64,000 bases of DNA from Naegleria gruberi (taxonomy: Eukaryota), in assembly GCA_000004985.1 (NCBI GenBank), contig GG738873.1; one strand, written 5' to 3'. A program made the position numbers and the translations under genes. The first letter of the stretch is position 1. Every line of letters begins with the position of its first letter. Of the stretch, positions 1-13,500 are shown piece after piece. The notes beneath the pieces are model-generated. The model ran no database searches, was not told where the DNA came from, and saw only the letters and a program-made list of their open reading frames with translations.

Positions 1-1004
1 CCATGTGAAAATATATTACAAAACTTGGGAGCAATATAAATTTCAATATTTTTCAATTCTGCAGTTTTACAAAACTCTACAAATTCTTCCACATTTCCAA
101 TATTCTTTTCAGAGAGAAGTTCAAATCGACTCTCCTTGACAGATTTTTCCAATATTTGATTCCAATTTCCAGGATATAGAATCTCTACACACTCCTTTAA
201 ATATTTAAATCCCTGAATGCTTGTGACCTTGAAATTCATAACTATTTCAGAAACTTGTGGAGTGAGATCGTAGCCGTTCTGATCTTTGAAATTTAAAATA
301 TAATTCTTAATTGATTCCAATTTCTCTCTCTCATCAAATTGAAACAATAGCATTGGAAGAAGACTATCATTTAGAGTTGGCTTGAAATTATTCAACATTT
401 TACAAATATCGAACTGCTTTCTTTGAATGCAGAATTTTAAAAGAGAAGGAGAAAATCTATTCCAATACTCAGATTCTTCCTTTGTGCGTTCTTCTTTGTT
501 GACTTTCTTGTTGAGAATAAATTTTCTTGCTTGATCTAGGTAGAATTGACCAAACACATTCGAATGCTTAAATTCCAATACATTTTCCTCTAAATTTCTC
601 ATAATCATTTCCAATCCATTCACCATATTCACATAAAACACTGAATAAAACGCAGAATGGACTAATTTCTTATATCTTTCTCCATAAATTATTGATTGAT
701 CATCATTCGAATCTTTTCCCATAAATTTCACTTGTTTTTCATTCTCAATATTTTGTTTGTAAAGTTTCCGAAGGCAAGATAACGTCTTTTCACAATATTT
801 CTCATCACTCTTTCCAATCTTCTTCTTCAATATAGAATAGTCATTAATTTTAATTTTCAACCAATTCGAAAGTAGTGTTTTCCACACAATTTCATAACGA
901 TCTAATTCATGCCACGATCTTGAAACAGAGAGAATAGAAACACCATCACGAATATTAACAAATTCCAAGATGCAATACAAAGTGTCATGATACAGTTGAC
1001 TCAT
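1..1004 (-). CDS. hypothetical protein, partial (3' part lies beyond the window start); N-terminus resembles an F-box
   Basis: Minus-strand open frame from an ATG at 1002-1004 (A-rich context) running off coordinate 1. The N-terminus MSQLYHDTLYCILEFVNIRDGVSILSVSRSWHEL looks like an F-box. It is absent from the ORF track because no stop falls inside the window. Confidence 0.45.
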   Translation of the reverse strand, partial: MSQLYHDTLYCILEFVNIRDGVSILSVSRSWHELDRYEIVWKTLLSNWLKIKINDYSILKKKIGKSDEKYCEKTLSCLRKLYKQNIENEKQVKFMGKDSNDDQSIIYGERYKKLVHSAFYSVFYVNMVNGLEMIMRNLEENVLEFKHSNVFGQFYLDQARKFILNKKVNKEERTKEESEYWNRFSPSLLKFCIQRKQFDICKMLNNFKPTLNDSLLPMLLFQFDEREKLESIKNYILNFKDQNGYDLTPQVSEIVMNFKVTSIQGFKYLKECVEILYPGNWNQILEKSVKESRFELLSEKNIGNVEEFVEFCKTAELKNIEIYIAPKFCNIFSH

Positions 1005-1367
1005 TTTTTTAAAAGATCAATTTCACAATCAACTTTAATGATGGCATTGTACACTATTCCTTAAGGATATTTAGAGGGTCAAAGAATGTTATTAACTTAG
1101 TTAACATTTTGTAAAATAATTTGAATATTGTAATTTCAATTAATCGTCTCGTTCTTTCAGTAATTTTGTCCACGGACAATAAAACTGTATTGTAATATTG
1201 AAACACGTCATCTAGACGTCATTTTGATAAATATCTTCTCACATTCAACAAATATGTGCAAGGATTTTCTCCAATTTTCTTTCCACTTCTCACACCAATG
1301 AAACAATTCACAACACAAATAAGGAAACTTCCACCATGCATTCCAATCAATTAAAAACACAAAAAAA

Positions 1368-4046
1368 ATGAAAAAACAACACAACAGCAAGGTGAGAAAA
1401 TCCATGAATCCCTCCTTGTTATCTTCTCTCTTGCCAACACCAACAGCATCATCAACAACTGAAGATATTTCTGAGGAGCCAACAGATTCCTCTCCTATTA
1501 GAGAAACAACAACAACAAGAAGGAGAAATAATCATGCAACAGTAGTATTGGCAATTGATGAGGAGGAGAATGATAATGATGATGAGGAAGTAAATGATGA
1601 AATTGGATTATCCATTGCAAAGAGTGAGATTTCCCTCCGAACACTTCCAATGATTAATTCAATAGAAAAGGATTTTTCCGATGATGATGAAGATGATGCA
1701 GATGAAGCCTTTGATGATTTGAATGAAGAAGAAGAAACTCTATTATACTATCGGAGGGATGACACTGTGAGTGAGGATTCATCTACTGGAGCAGCTGCTT
1801 CCTCTGCTATCAATGGAGGATTTAATTCATCATCAAACAATGCTACTAGAGGAGTCTCTAATCCTCTTCTCGTAACATCAGAAGCAACAAATCCAATTCT
1901 TAATTATGGAACTGAAAAGAAGAAGAAAAAGAAGAAGAAGAAGAAGAAATCAGACAAGGCCAAATTGGATTTACAATTCATGATTCGGTTTTTCAAAATA
2001 ATTGGATATTGTCTGAGGGATATTGGATATAATAGTGATTATCATTGGACTGATGAGAATGGAAGAAGAGTTTCCAGATTGTTTTCAAGAAAACGAGTCG
2101 TGCATGAATTGAATCAATCAGAGAAGAAGGGATGTGGAGCATTTTGTTACAACTTTTCATTGTTTAACGTGTTTTTGGTGGTTCTCTTCTTGCTTATTTG
2201 CATTGGAGAGATTTTACTGGGAAATGAAGTTGGTAAATTACCTGGAGCTTTCTATACTGTAATTATTGATGCGAGTTCTAAGAATTTTGGAGATGCCAAA
2301 CCATTTATTCATGTCATGTTGACAAGTTTACTTTGGATTTGTGGAATAACAGCTCTGAAAACTTTTAGACAATTTATTTTGGATGTTATTCGAGTTTATT
2401 GGAGAAGAAATTTAACTTATCATACACAGAGGAGATATTTCGAGAATAGTAACTTTTACAAAATGTTGTTACTTGATAAGAGAATTGATAATCCAGATCA
2501 AAGAATTACCAAAGATGTAGAGAATTTTGTAGATATGACTTGTAAATTAATTGAGAGTGTTTTCACAGGACCAATCACTGTATTTTACTATACTGTCACT
2601 GTGTTTATGAATTTGGGTTGGCAAGGGCCTCTTTTCTGCTTTGTCTTTTTCATTATTGGTTCCATTTGTAACAAGTTGATTATTTCACCAATTGCTAATT
2701 TGTGGTTTATTCAAGAAAAGTTTGAAGGAAATTTCAGATATACTCATGCATTGTTAAGATCAAATGCAGAGTCTGTTGCCTTCTATGGAGGAGAATCAAA
2801 TGAAAAGATCAAGTGCAATCAAAAGTTGAAAGGAGTAATCAAGAATAGAAGAAAGATTGTTGTGTGGAATTTACTCTTGAATGGAAATATGAATTTATTT
2901 GGTTATGTTGGAAGTATTTTGGCATATGTGATTGTTGCCATTTCTGTATTCTTGATTGGTGGATTTATTGATGCCAATGCTACAGCAGGTGAAATTGCTG
3001 GCAAGATTTCTGTTGTAAGTATTCTTGATTGTGTAAATTAACATGTGCAGTCTTCATTCCAAGTAATGATGCTCATCTATGGTTTTACCACCTTCATTCA
3101 GACTGGTGCTAATATTTCAGAACTTGCTGGTTTTACTGGAAGACTCGGTGAAATGTACGAAGTGATGAATGAAATTGAGAAGGATACTGAATTGAATAAT
3201 ATTGGAAAGGTTACTGAGGAACACTCACTTTTGGAATCAACAACATCCAATAATAATTATCAACAAGAATCGGATAGATCTGGATCCACCGATACTAACG
3301 ACGTGAACTATATTGAATTTAAGAACGTCTCTGTATCTGTTCCAAAAGGTATCAGAGAAAAGTACAGAACCAATCACAACCTTGTTGAAAATCTTAGTTT
3401 CAAGATTTTACCAACTCAACACACTTTAATTGCAGGTCCTAGTGGTTGTGGTAAATCATCAGTTTTAAGAATTTTGGCAAATTTGTGGCCAAACAACTCT
3501 GGACAAATTATCAAACCGTCCACAACTCTTGGAAACAGTTCGAAACCAAATATTTTCTACGTTCCTCAAAACCCTTACATTTCCAGTGGTTCGCTAAGGG
3601 ATCAAATTACTTACCCACTCAAAACTCCAAAGAGAAATGTGGAAGATCATCCAGCTCTCTTAGAAGCCATTCAGCAGTCTCGACTCGAATATATTCTCGA
3701 ACGAGTTCATAAGAAGGATTGGGATGGTGAGTGTAATTGGAATGAATTGTTGAGTCCTGGAGAGAAGCAACGTTTAGCTCTTGCTAGAATCTTTTATCAC
3801 AAACCTAAATTTGTAATTCTCGATGAAGCAACCAGTGCTTGTGATGTAAATGTTGAAGAGATGATTTATCGTGACATTATCAAACAAGGATCTACAGTCG
3901 TTTCAGTTGGCCATCGTCCAACCATTGTGAAATTCCACACTCACATGCTTAGACTGAATGGATCAGCCTCAACTTTGGAAAATGCTAAAGGATGGGAATT
4001 TGGAGAAATTTCAGAATTCAGAACGAAAAAGAAGAAGAATTATTAA
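1368..4046 (+). CDS. abcD: peroxisomal-type ABC half-transporter (ABCD subfamily); exons 1368..3014 and 3051..4046 joined across a 36-nt GTAAGT..CAG intron
   Basis: Two ORFs (1368..3041, 3045..4046) join in frame once the intron 3015..3050 (gtaagtattcttgattgtgtaaattaacatgtgcag) is removed. The product has a TM domain with an EAA-like loop, a Walker A box (GPSGCGKSS), an ABC signature (LSPGEKQRLALAR) and a Walker B box (FVILDEATSA). It also has a long acidic/poly-Lys N-terminal extension. Confidence 0.85.
1918..1948 (+). repeat. (AAG/AAA)n coding microsatellite (poly-Lys K12) in the ABCD N-terminal extension
   Basis: The tract gaaaagaagaagaaaaagaagaagaagaagaagaaa encodes EKKKKKKKKKKKK. Confidence 0.6.
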
Positions 4047-4085
4047 ACAACAATTATTTCTACCAATATTATTTACAAATATTAT

Positions 4086-4745
4086 TTACATTGTATATTT
4101 TGTTTCAAATTCCTTCCTTTCCATTCGCCTTCTCAAATTCCTCTTCATTCTTTCCCTTAATTGTTTTTGTTTCCTTCTTATTCTCTCTGGAGTTATCAGT
4201 CGTTGAATTTTCACACCTTTCACATCGGATTTCTTACAAATTTTGACATTTCTCTTAATGACAAACTTTCTGACATCGTCCTCTTTTGAGAGATTGAATA
4301 ATTTCCGTATTTTTGAAGCTCGTTTAGGTCCAAGAGTTTTGTGTTTTGGATCATCAGTGAGGCCAACAATTACATGAGCTGGAGATTTGATTAATTTCAA
4401 AGAAACAGCAGAAACTGAACGATCCAGGAAACATCCCATTAAGGTTTTTCTTCTCCTTTCTCCATCTCTTTTTCTCCAACATTTCTGAAATCCAAATTCG
4501 CCTGCCCTTAACAACGGACTAATTTTTCCAATTTTCAATATTGTAGGATGACACTGTTTACCATTGTTATTGATAGCAGCTGTGATTTTAAATTTACAAT
4601 TTGCCAAATCAGGAATATTCAATATATCACCAGAAATGCATTCTCCAATTCTTTTTCCAAGAAATGGAAATGATTGATAGTACAAATCTGAAGTTTCGTA
4701 TACTTTTGTTTGACTAGTGAGTGGATTTGATACTTGAAGCTTCAC
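4086..4745 (-). CDS. rps6: 40S ribosomal protein S6 (eS6)
   Basis: The 219-aa ORF aligns along its whole length to eukaryotic S6 (KLQVS..., GKRIGECISGD, GFQKCWRKRDGERRRK, LGPKRASKIRKLFNLSKEDDVRKFV). Its first codon is GTG, not ATG; see findings. Confidence 0.85.
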   Translation of the reverse strand: MKLQVSNPLTSQTKVYETSDLYYQSFPFLGKRIGECISGDILNIPDLANCKFKITAAINNNGKQCHPTILKIGKISPLLRAGEFGFQKCWRKRDGERRRKTLMGCFLDRSVSAVSLKLIKSPAHVIVGLTDDPKHKTLGPKRASKIRKLFNLSKEDDVRKFVIKRNVKICKKSDVKGVKIQRLITPERIRRKQKQLRERMKRNLRRRMERKEFETKYTM

Positions 4746-4789
4746 AGAATTGCATTCTATTCATCTCGGAATCAATTTTGAAAACTTAC

Positions 4790-4969
4790 CTTTCTCAAAT
4801 AATAATACTTTGGTTGACCTGAATACGTAGCCCTGTCAGCCATCTGTTCTTGCATGTTGACATCCTGTGAAAAGTATTGTATTCCTCTCGAATATTGATC
4901 ATCAAGTCTATTTATTGGCTTTGATGATGCTGGTTTGCCAGGCATTGAAAGTTTGCTTCTTCTGTACAT
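4790..4969 (-). CDS. 60-codon ORF (MYRRSKLSMPGKP...YYYLRK) ending exactly at a GTAAGT donor; candidate 5' exon of rps6 or an independent small ORF
   Basis: An ATG at 4967-4969 follows an A9 run. The frame ends ...AGA AAG|GTAAGT at 4790. A 50-nt intron (4740..4789) with an AAG acceptor would splice it in frame to the S6 body at 4739. Confidence 0.3.
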
Positions 4970-5020
4970 TTTTTTTTCAAAGTTCCACCAATGTTCTGAA
5001 AATTACGGCACAGAGATGAA

Positions 5021-6244
5021 CTACCAGTAGATCAAATGAGTTATTTTCCTAATTTCTTCAAATTCTATTAGACATTCCTCAAAATTAGCAATAAATTCAT
5101 TAGATTCTGAATCGTCAATTCGATCCACGAGTCGATCGACCTTCTTTACAAGATTCTTGACCTTCACTTTATCTTCTTCTTGGAATAGTTTGCTTGATAT
5201 TCTATTGAGATGAACAATTTCCTCTTGTAAATTATAAATCAAGCCAATAATACCCAATTCTTCACTCCAAATTTTTCTAAATTCATTCAGAGAAATCATT
5301 TCATCCTCAATTGGATACAGAAGATAACTTCCAAGTCGATGGTTCTTAAAAAGCAATTTGAATAATCTTGATTGACCACTTGGAACCAAAACTCCCAATG
5401 TAATATTCGTTTCAATAGTTCTGTGTGCATATTCCAACCAATATTTCAAATTCACATTCAATTGAGAGATTTTTGAATCACTCAATAGAATATTTTCCAA
5501 AACCGATGGGTGTATTTGATCCCTAATTGAGATTTCAAGAATTTGCCTATCTTTTGAGTTATAGACATGTCCAAGTCTTAATTTGTAATATTCACAGTCG
5601 ATTTCTTCTAGATTAGGCAATAAACTGATGATTGGATTGAAAACCTCTTGGAAATCAAAGGAAGGAAATGAAATGAACATTTTGGTGATTGTTCTGAATT
5701 CACTAGGAATTGCTGGTTGTCTAAGTTTCAAGTCAAATGTCAATTTCATTGTTTCTATTAGAGGATTTAATTCTCTGTTTTCTTGAAGGCAATCCTTTAG
5801 GTATGAAATATCACAGGCAATGAGTTTCTGGATTATTTCTTTGTTTTTCTTTGACTGGAACAAATCTTTCACATTCAAAGTTATTGATCCAATGTGTTCT
5901 TTCAAACGATCATTCAAAGTTTTTTTGGAATCAGTTTCTTCTTGAATGACAGCAGTTTTCTCAACTTGAATTTCTGGTAATTTTTCTTCCACCTCCTTAT
6001 CAACTATTTGCTCAGCTTCATTCCCATGTCCAATCAATTCCAATTCCTCTTCATGTTGGGCAGTTATTGTCTGTTGTTTGGATTCGATAGCACAACCAGA
6101 TAAGCCATGATTGGAGAGATCAAGAGTTTGTGTCTCCTTTTGATTTGTGGCAGGAGAACAACGTGCGTGAAGATAAACTTTATAAATCCAGAGGAACAGT
6201 TGAGGATCTTGCGTAATTTGTGAAAAGAGTGTGTCTGTTGCCAT
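5021..6244 (-). CDS. hypothetical protein (407 aa)
   Basis: Long minus-strand ORF with an A-rich ATG context (caaaaaaaATGgc). I recognised no domain. Confidence 0.55.
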   Translation of the reverse strand: MATDTLFSQITQDPQLFLWIYKVYLHARCSPATNQKETQTLDLSNHGLSGCAIESKQQTITAQHEEELELIGHGNEAEQIVDKEVEEKLPEIQVEKTAVIQEETDSKKTLNDRLKEHIGSITLNVKDLFQSKKNKEIIQKLIACDISYLKDCLQENRELNPLIETMKLTFDLKLRQPAIPSEFRTITKMFISFPSFDFQEVFNPIISLLPNLEEIDCEYYKLRLGHVYNSKDRQILEISIRDQIHPSVLENILLSDSKISQLNVNLKYWLEYAHRTIETNITLGVLVPSGQSRLFKLLFKNHRLGSYLLYPIEDEMISLNEFRKIWSEELGIIGLIYNLQEEIVHLNRISSKLFQEEDKVKVKNLVKKVDRLVDRIDDSESNEFIANFEECLIEFEEIRKITHLIYW

Positions 6245-7526
6245 TTTTTTTGTTTTTTGAAAACGTGATGCATAAGAAATACTTCTAATAGCTTTCTAAT
6301 GAATTGTAAGCTCGCTAATTTGTGAATTGAATTCCAAAACAGTTTTGACATTGAGCAACTCAAAGAGCTGAAACAAAATAGCAGAGTTTGGAATATGAAA
6401 ATAAAGGTGAAGAAATTATTGAGGTTAGTGAAAGTGGAAATGAAGTTTAAGGGGTTGAAAGTGTAGTGAGATCATGGAGAAGATGATGAAGAGGAGATTG
6501 GAAGAAGAAATAAAGGGGAGTAACGTTGAATAATTTCTATGATTTCTTTTCAATTAAAATCACATGATAGTGAGAATGCTGTGTCATGCTTGTTGTGTAT
6601 TTTTTGTAGAAGTAAAATAGTAGCGCGATATTTTACCGTTAAATTTTTAAAACAAAAACAAGCACAACACCCAATTCGTGTTGATGAAGTAATTTTTAAA
6701 AACCAAGAAAGACATCATCTACAAAAGCAAAAAAACAATCGGAAAAAGAACATGAAGAATTAGTAACTCTTCTTCCAGAAGCAGTCTTGCTGTATTTTCA
6801 TTGATTTGATGAAATTGTTTTCCCTCTTCCTAACATATGTATCTTTTTGGTAACTGTCAATATAGTTCATTGTGAGTTGCATTCTTCAGCAGCATCCTAA
6901 AATGTCATCAAATTGTTTTATACAACAACAAGTCTCAATAATAATAACACAACCATCACTCTATTAATATTTTCAACAATCATCATCAACAAAAAACCTT
7001 AACTGTACCTGTTATATTTGCAATTCATTCCATTTGTATCAAGTGACACGAATTATCTTAAGCACACAACTGCTTATTGAATTCATCCACTTAATGCAAT
7101 AACAATAACAGAATTGCATTTCCATCTACCCTTCACATTGTGTTTCTAAAGAGGGCCTTCTAAAATAATAAGTATGCGACTCAATGTAAATAATTCTATC
7201 ACAACCCTTATGGACATGAGTATGTATTGTAAACAAACAATCGGAAATGTTATCCAAAACAAAGATATTTAAAAGCCCGATTTCTGAATTTTGTTTCCAC
7301 TGTCTAAGGATGGTATGAAAGGGGATGTTCATTTCTTGGAACATTTGGGTAACCTACTACTTATTCGAAAGTGACACCGATGGTTGTCGTGCCGCAAAGA
7401 GTTTGTTCGTTTGCAATAACTCTGATTTGTTTTGGCTCTTGATTCAGGTGGGCCGATTTCGAATAACTATGGGGACAAGGATGTTTGGGAAGAAACATCT
7501 TTCAAAAAAAACTCTGTACACTAAGA

Positions 7527-10500
7527 ATGCCTGAAATTCTTGGCAATACAACCCACGCTAAACATGCTGTGGGATTTAACGTATCCCTCTTGGTAAGTTT
7601 CGAATAGAGAACATCTTTACTAATATTTCAATAATTAACAGAAAGGTGGTACTATTACTCAAACGATTGTAAGTTGTTTCCAATAGAATCAATGTTTTCA
7701 AACCATTCAGATTGGTGCAATTATCACAGGTTTAGTTGTTGCATCAACTGTTGCTACTATTATTCTCGTTTCTGTTGGTGTTGGTTACTCTAGTCCAGGT
7801 AAGTATTTCAGTGTTGAATTAGGCTGGTTTATTCTTGCTATTTTATGTTTTCCTCACATGCCTTCCTCTGGTGCGCTGTTAAATCGTGTTATCTCTCCAA
7901 ACATTGTTGATGTTCTAAAACATTCGAATAGTTGCCAATCCTGACACTGCCACAACATTCAAGCGTGTTGCTGTTACTCTTGATGTTTTGGCCAATGACA
8001 AAGATCCACGTGGTGGTAATCTTACTTTAACCCAAATTGTTGTTTCTCCTGCACATGGTACCGCAAAGATTGTTTCCAACTCCAAGATTGTTTATCAATC
8101 AAATGGAGCATTCTCTGGTAATGACACTTTCAGTTATGAAGTTACAAATTCTTTCATGACTGCAAATGCAACTGTAACTGTACAAGTATTGAATAGAGCT
8201 CCAGAAGCTGTTCCAATTACTAAAACTGTCTCTAAGAATGTCAAGAATAGTTTGATTGACATTTTTAACTTTGTTGGTGATAATGATCAAAAGATTAGTG
8301 ATCCAGATTCTGATGTATTGTATGCTGTTTCTTATGATGGTAGAAAGATTTTGAGTGGAAACTCTGATTCTTTTGGTTCCATTACTGTTGATCCATATAA
8401 TGGTTATTACTATACTCCTGTAGATGGTTTTAATGGAGTTGAACAATTCAATTATACTATTAGTGATGGTAATGATACTTCCACTTCCACTATTACATTG
8501 ACTATTGCCAATGACGCTCCAGTTGCAGTTGACAATGTCTATAACGTTCCAAAGTATGGTAGCATGGTATTGGATGTCTTGTCCAATGACTATGATATCA
8601 ATGGTGATGATTTCAATATTTCAAGTGCTGCTGGTACTGGTTACGGAGCTATTGCTGTTGACAAGAAGTTTATTACCTATATTACCTCGAGTACTCGTAC
8701 TAAGAAGTATTCTGATTCTTTCGAATACACCATCTCTGATGGCAATTTGGAAGCATCCGCTATTGTAATTGTCAATGTTTACAATTCTGCCCCAACTGTT
8801 TACTCCAAGACTGTTATTGTTGCCAAGAGCTCTGTTAACAATCTCATTACTGTAGATTACAATGATCCAGATCGTAAGGATTTGGTTTCTTTGAGCCGTG
8901 TTACTCCTGCTTTGGCTTCATTGTCCCCTGCTGCTTCATTGTTGGTTACAACCACCTATGAAAATGTCTTTTTCGAATGTTGTGAATGGATCAAAGTTGA
9001 AACCAATAATTATACTATTAGTTTCACTCCAGTTGCCAATACTGTCTATACTCAAACTTTAACTGTTACCATGACTGATACCGAAGCTGAAGGTACTGGT
9101 ATTATTACTATTATTGTTCAAAATACTCCTCCAGTTGCTGTCTCTGATTCTGCTGAATGTAATAAGAATCAACAAGTCTTGATTAATGTTGTTGCCAATG
9201 ACTATGATCAAAATAGTGGAGACACTGCCTTAATTCAATTGTCAGCTGTTGGTTGGACTAGTGCCACAACAAAGGGTGGTTCTGTTCAACTTTACAATAC
9301 CACACATGTCTTGTATACTGCTCCAAGTAATTTCTTGGGTGATGATGTTGCTACCTATGTCATTACTGACCAAAGTAAGGATGCTCAAGGTAATCCAGAT
9401 TCTACCAGTTATTCTAAAGGTACTATTAACATTAAGGTCATTAATAATCCACCAACTCCTGCTGATGATACCATCACCATTTCAAAGGGTGTAACTTCTT
9501 CTTTGAATGTTTTGGACAATGATTCTGATCCAAATGATGGTGCTTCATCTGTTTATACTATTAATTCTGTTTCTGCTTCTTCAATTAAGAATATTTTGGC
9601 TACTATTCAAAAGACTAGTGGTGCAAAGGATACCTTGTCTTATACTGCTAACAATGAAGAATATACTGACAAGCTCACTTATGATGTCACTGATCAAGAC
9701 GGCATGACCTCCACCTATAAGGCTACTGTTACTTTGAATGTTATTAACAATGCTCCTGTTGCTAAAGATGATACCTATTCTACCAAGTGGAATAGATCTG
9801 TTGAATGTTCTGTTAAGGATAACGATGAAGATATTAACGGTGATTTGGCCAAGTCCACAATTTCCATCACTTCTAATCCATCTAATGGTGCTGCTTTGGT
9901 TGTTGGTGATAAGATTGTTTATACTCCATCTAATGGATTCGTTGGAACTGACTCATTCAAGTACAAGTTGAATGATGGTAGTTCTGCAAATGCTGATTCT
10001 AATAGTGCTACTGTTACTATTACTGTAACTAATACTGCTCCAGTTACTGTTGCTGATTCTGCCACTACTCACTGGAATAATCCAAATGGTATCTTGGTTA
10101 GTCCATTGACCAATGATAATGATCCAGATGGTGATGCTCTTGTTGTTGTTTCTGCTTCTTCTGATTCTTCAGCTGGTGTTGCTTCAGCTGTCGATTCTCA
10201 AACTGTTAAATTTGTTCCAAACACTGTCTCTGCCACCACTGGTACTAAACAAGTCACCTACTATGCTTCTGATTACAATATGCAAACTGCTGGAACTATC
10301 AATGTTCAAGTTACTAATACCAAACCAGTTGCCAATGCTGACTCTTATACTCTTCACTGGGCTGCTTCTACTACTCAATTGAGTGTCTTGTCAAATGATG
10401 CTGATGCTGATAATGATGATCTCTCAGTTGGAAGTGTTAGTGGTAGTTCTGCTGCTGTTAACAGTGGTTCATCAATCACTTATACTCCAAAGAAGGATGG

Positions 10501-13500
10501 TGTTACTGATATATTCCAATATACTGCTACTGATTCAGTTACTGCTTCTGATGCTGCCACTGTTACTGTCAAGTTCACTAACAATGCTCAACCATCTGTC
10601 AGTGATTCCTCAACCACCATTCACTGGAGAACTTTTGCTTCTCAAAACAATCAACAAGATTTCACCGTTCTCAACTCTAACACTGATGCTGATAGTGATT
10701 CTCTTTCATTGACTGTTGGCGCTTCTGCTACTGGTATTTCTGGAGCTTCTTGTATCAAGACTAGTGATTCTGTTCCTAAGGTTAGAGTTACTGCTCCAAC
10801 CAAGACTGTTGGTACTGCCTCTTGTACTTTCACTGTTTCTGATGGCTTAGCTTCAAGCAGTGCCAAGACCTCTGTTGTCATTACTAACAATGCTCCAACA
10901 TGTAGTGATATTACTGTTTCATTCAATCCAAGTTATATTTCATCTGGTCAATCTTTCTCAATTGCTTCATCTGTAACTGATGCTGATTCTAATGATATTC
11001 CATATTTGGTTCCAGGAAGTGCCATCATTGTTGGTTCTACTTACCCAAGTGATAGTTTCCAAGTTTCTGGAAGTAATTTGTTATTCAAACCAATGGCTAC
11101 TGTTGGTGATCGTAATTATGCTTACACTGTTACTGATGGCGTTTCTACCTCTGCTCAATGTGCCTTCAAGATTGTTGTTAGCTCAGTATCTTCCAGCGAT
11201 TATGCTCAAAGCTTTGATGTTCATTGGGCTGCCACCTCTGTCAAGCTCGATATTTTGGCCAAATTGACCACTTCAACAATTGTTCGTTTGGGTTCTACCG
11301 CTGCTTCTGGTACTGCAACCATCACTGGTGGGATTCTCTATTTCACACCATTGAGAAAGATCTACGTTGACACTTTCACTGTAATTGTTGCTGATTCAGG
11401 AAATGTTGAAAGCACTGTCACTGTCACAGTTTCAACATTCAACAATGTTCCAACCGCTAGTCTTGCCACTCAAACTATCAATTGGGGAACTTCCAAGACT
11501 ATTGACCTCTTGGTTAATTATGCTGATACTGACTATACTAATGGTCTCGAATCTAAGGGAACAGTTAGTAGTATTGATAAGACATCTCTCAGTACTAAGG
11601 GTACTGTTTCTGCTCTATCAGGTAGCTCTGTTACTTATTCTGCTCCAGCCAATTATGTTGGTACTGATAGCTTTAAGGTTACTGCTACTGATGGTTTGGC
11701 TACTGTCACATTCACTGTCACTTTTAACATGATCAATACTGCTCCAGTTACAAACACTAAATATTTCAGTATTCACTGGGCTACTCACAAGGCTGGTTAT
11801 TCAATGAATTTGGCAACTGATGTCACTGATGCTGAAGGAAATACCTTAACTTATTCTGTTACTCCATCAAGTATTTCACCATCCACTGCTGGTACCGTTG
11901 CTATGGGAACTTCACCAAATGCTGTTGCCACTGGTCCATCAAGTGCTTACTTGGGTAAATTCTCATTCACTTATTCTGCCTCTGATTCTATTGCTACAAC
12001 TCCTGGTACCGTTCAAGTTACTGTTTACAATAACATGTCCACTCCAGTTGCTGACTCTAAGGATGTTCACTGGAAGGCTACTGGTATTACTCTTAGTCCA
12101 TTTGCCAAGTTTGCTCCAACCTTTAAGGATGCTGATGGTGACAGCTTGTCATTTGTTAGTGCTTCAGCTCAAAAGGGTACTGTTAGTACTGGAACAACCA
12201 CTTTAACTTACAATGCTCCTGGAAATGCCATTGGTGCTGATGTTGTCTCTTACAAATTCACAGATGGTGCTGAATCTCTCCAAAATGCTGCCACAATCGT
12301 CAATATTAATCTCTTCAATACTGCTCCACGTGCCATTGATAAGACCGCTAGTGGCAAATGGAGTTCAACAATTACAGTTGATTTGAGCAGTTCTTGTGTT
12401 GATGATGATTCTTTGGATACTGCTACTTTCAATGGAGCTGTTTCAAGCATTGTTGGTGGTACAACTTCTGTTTCTGGAAAGAGTGTTTTATATACTCCAA
12501 CTAGCTCACTTACTTATACTGGTTCTAATGGTGTTTATACTGCTACTGGTTCATTCAAATTCCAATGTACTGATGGTTTGTCAACTGCCACTAATCCTGG
12601 AACTGCTACCATTACAGTTACTAATAATGCTCCAACTGGTACTGGAAAGAGTACAAGTATTAATAGAGATTACACAAAGACTACCTATGATTTCACTTGG
12701 GCTGATATTGCTACTGTTTCTGATGCTGATGGTGACTCTATTTCATACATTAACTTTGCCTCTTCTGATGCTGCAATCACCGTCTCTAATATTGGAACTG
12801 GTATCAGATTGACCACTTCAAACAAGTTTGTCAATGGTGCCAAGTCTATTACCTTCAAGCTTAATGATGGTCTTCATGACAGTGTTTCACAATTGACTTT
12901 CACTGTTACCTTTGTCAACTCTGCTCCAGTCTGTGCCTCTAACTCTATTACTTTGAATAAGAAGGATTCAATTGATCTCTCTACATTGTTCTCTGCAACT
13001 GATTCTAACAATGATCCATTTACTTATGCTTTGACTAGCTCAATTTCCACTGATTTTGGTACAACAGTTGGTACTGTCTTTACCGCTTCAGCAACCCGTA
13101 GTGGTGCCACTTCTGTTACTTACACTGCCACTGATACTCTTGCTACCAGCACTGCCTGTACTATTTCAGTAACTATTAACAATAGAGCTCCAGTTGCTGA
13201 TGACATTTCCTATCAAGTTGTTCCAGTTGCCAGTTCATATGTTCACTCTTACACCTATGTTGCTACTGATGCTGATTCTGATACTTTGACCTATACTGCC
13301 ACAAGTAATGATTGTGTTTCTCAAAATCTTGCCACTACTCTCACAATCTCAACTTCAGGTGCCATCACCTTCACCAGAAAGTCAACTGCAGTTTCTGGAA
13401 GTTGTAAACTCTACATTACTGTTACTGATAACAATCAATTGACCAATGCTCAAGATACTGCCACTATTACATTTGTTATCTCATCAACTTCACCAATTGC

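Noticed and set aside
3485-4246. Small ORFs 3485..3712, 3958..4206, 3992..4246 (+)
   Set aside because: They are alternative frames within the ABCD exon 2 or the rps6 3' region, with no support.
8099-8446. 115-aa minus-strand ORF (and similar ORFs at 8505..8768, 9249..9971, 10113..10926, 11385..12812, 13446..14016) overlapping the giant cadherin-like gene
   Set aside because: They are antisense or alternative-frame ORFs inside a well-supported 6.7-kb coding region. They are hydrophobic Leu/Ile-rich products of repeat-derived sequence and have no independent start context.
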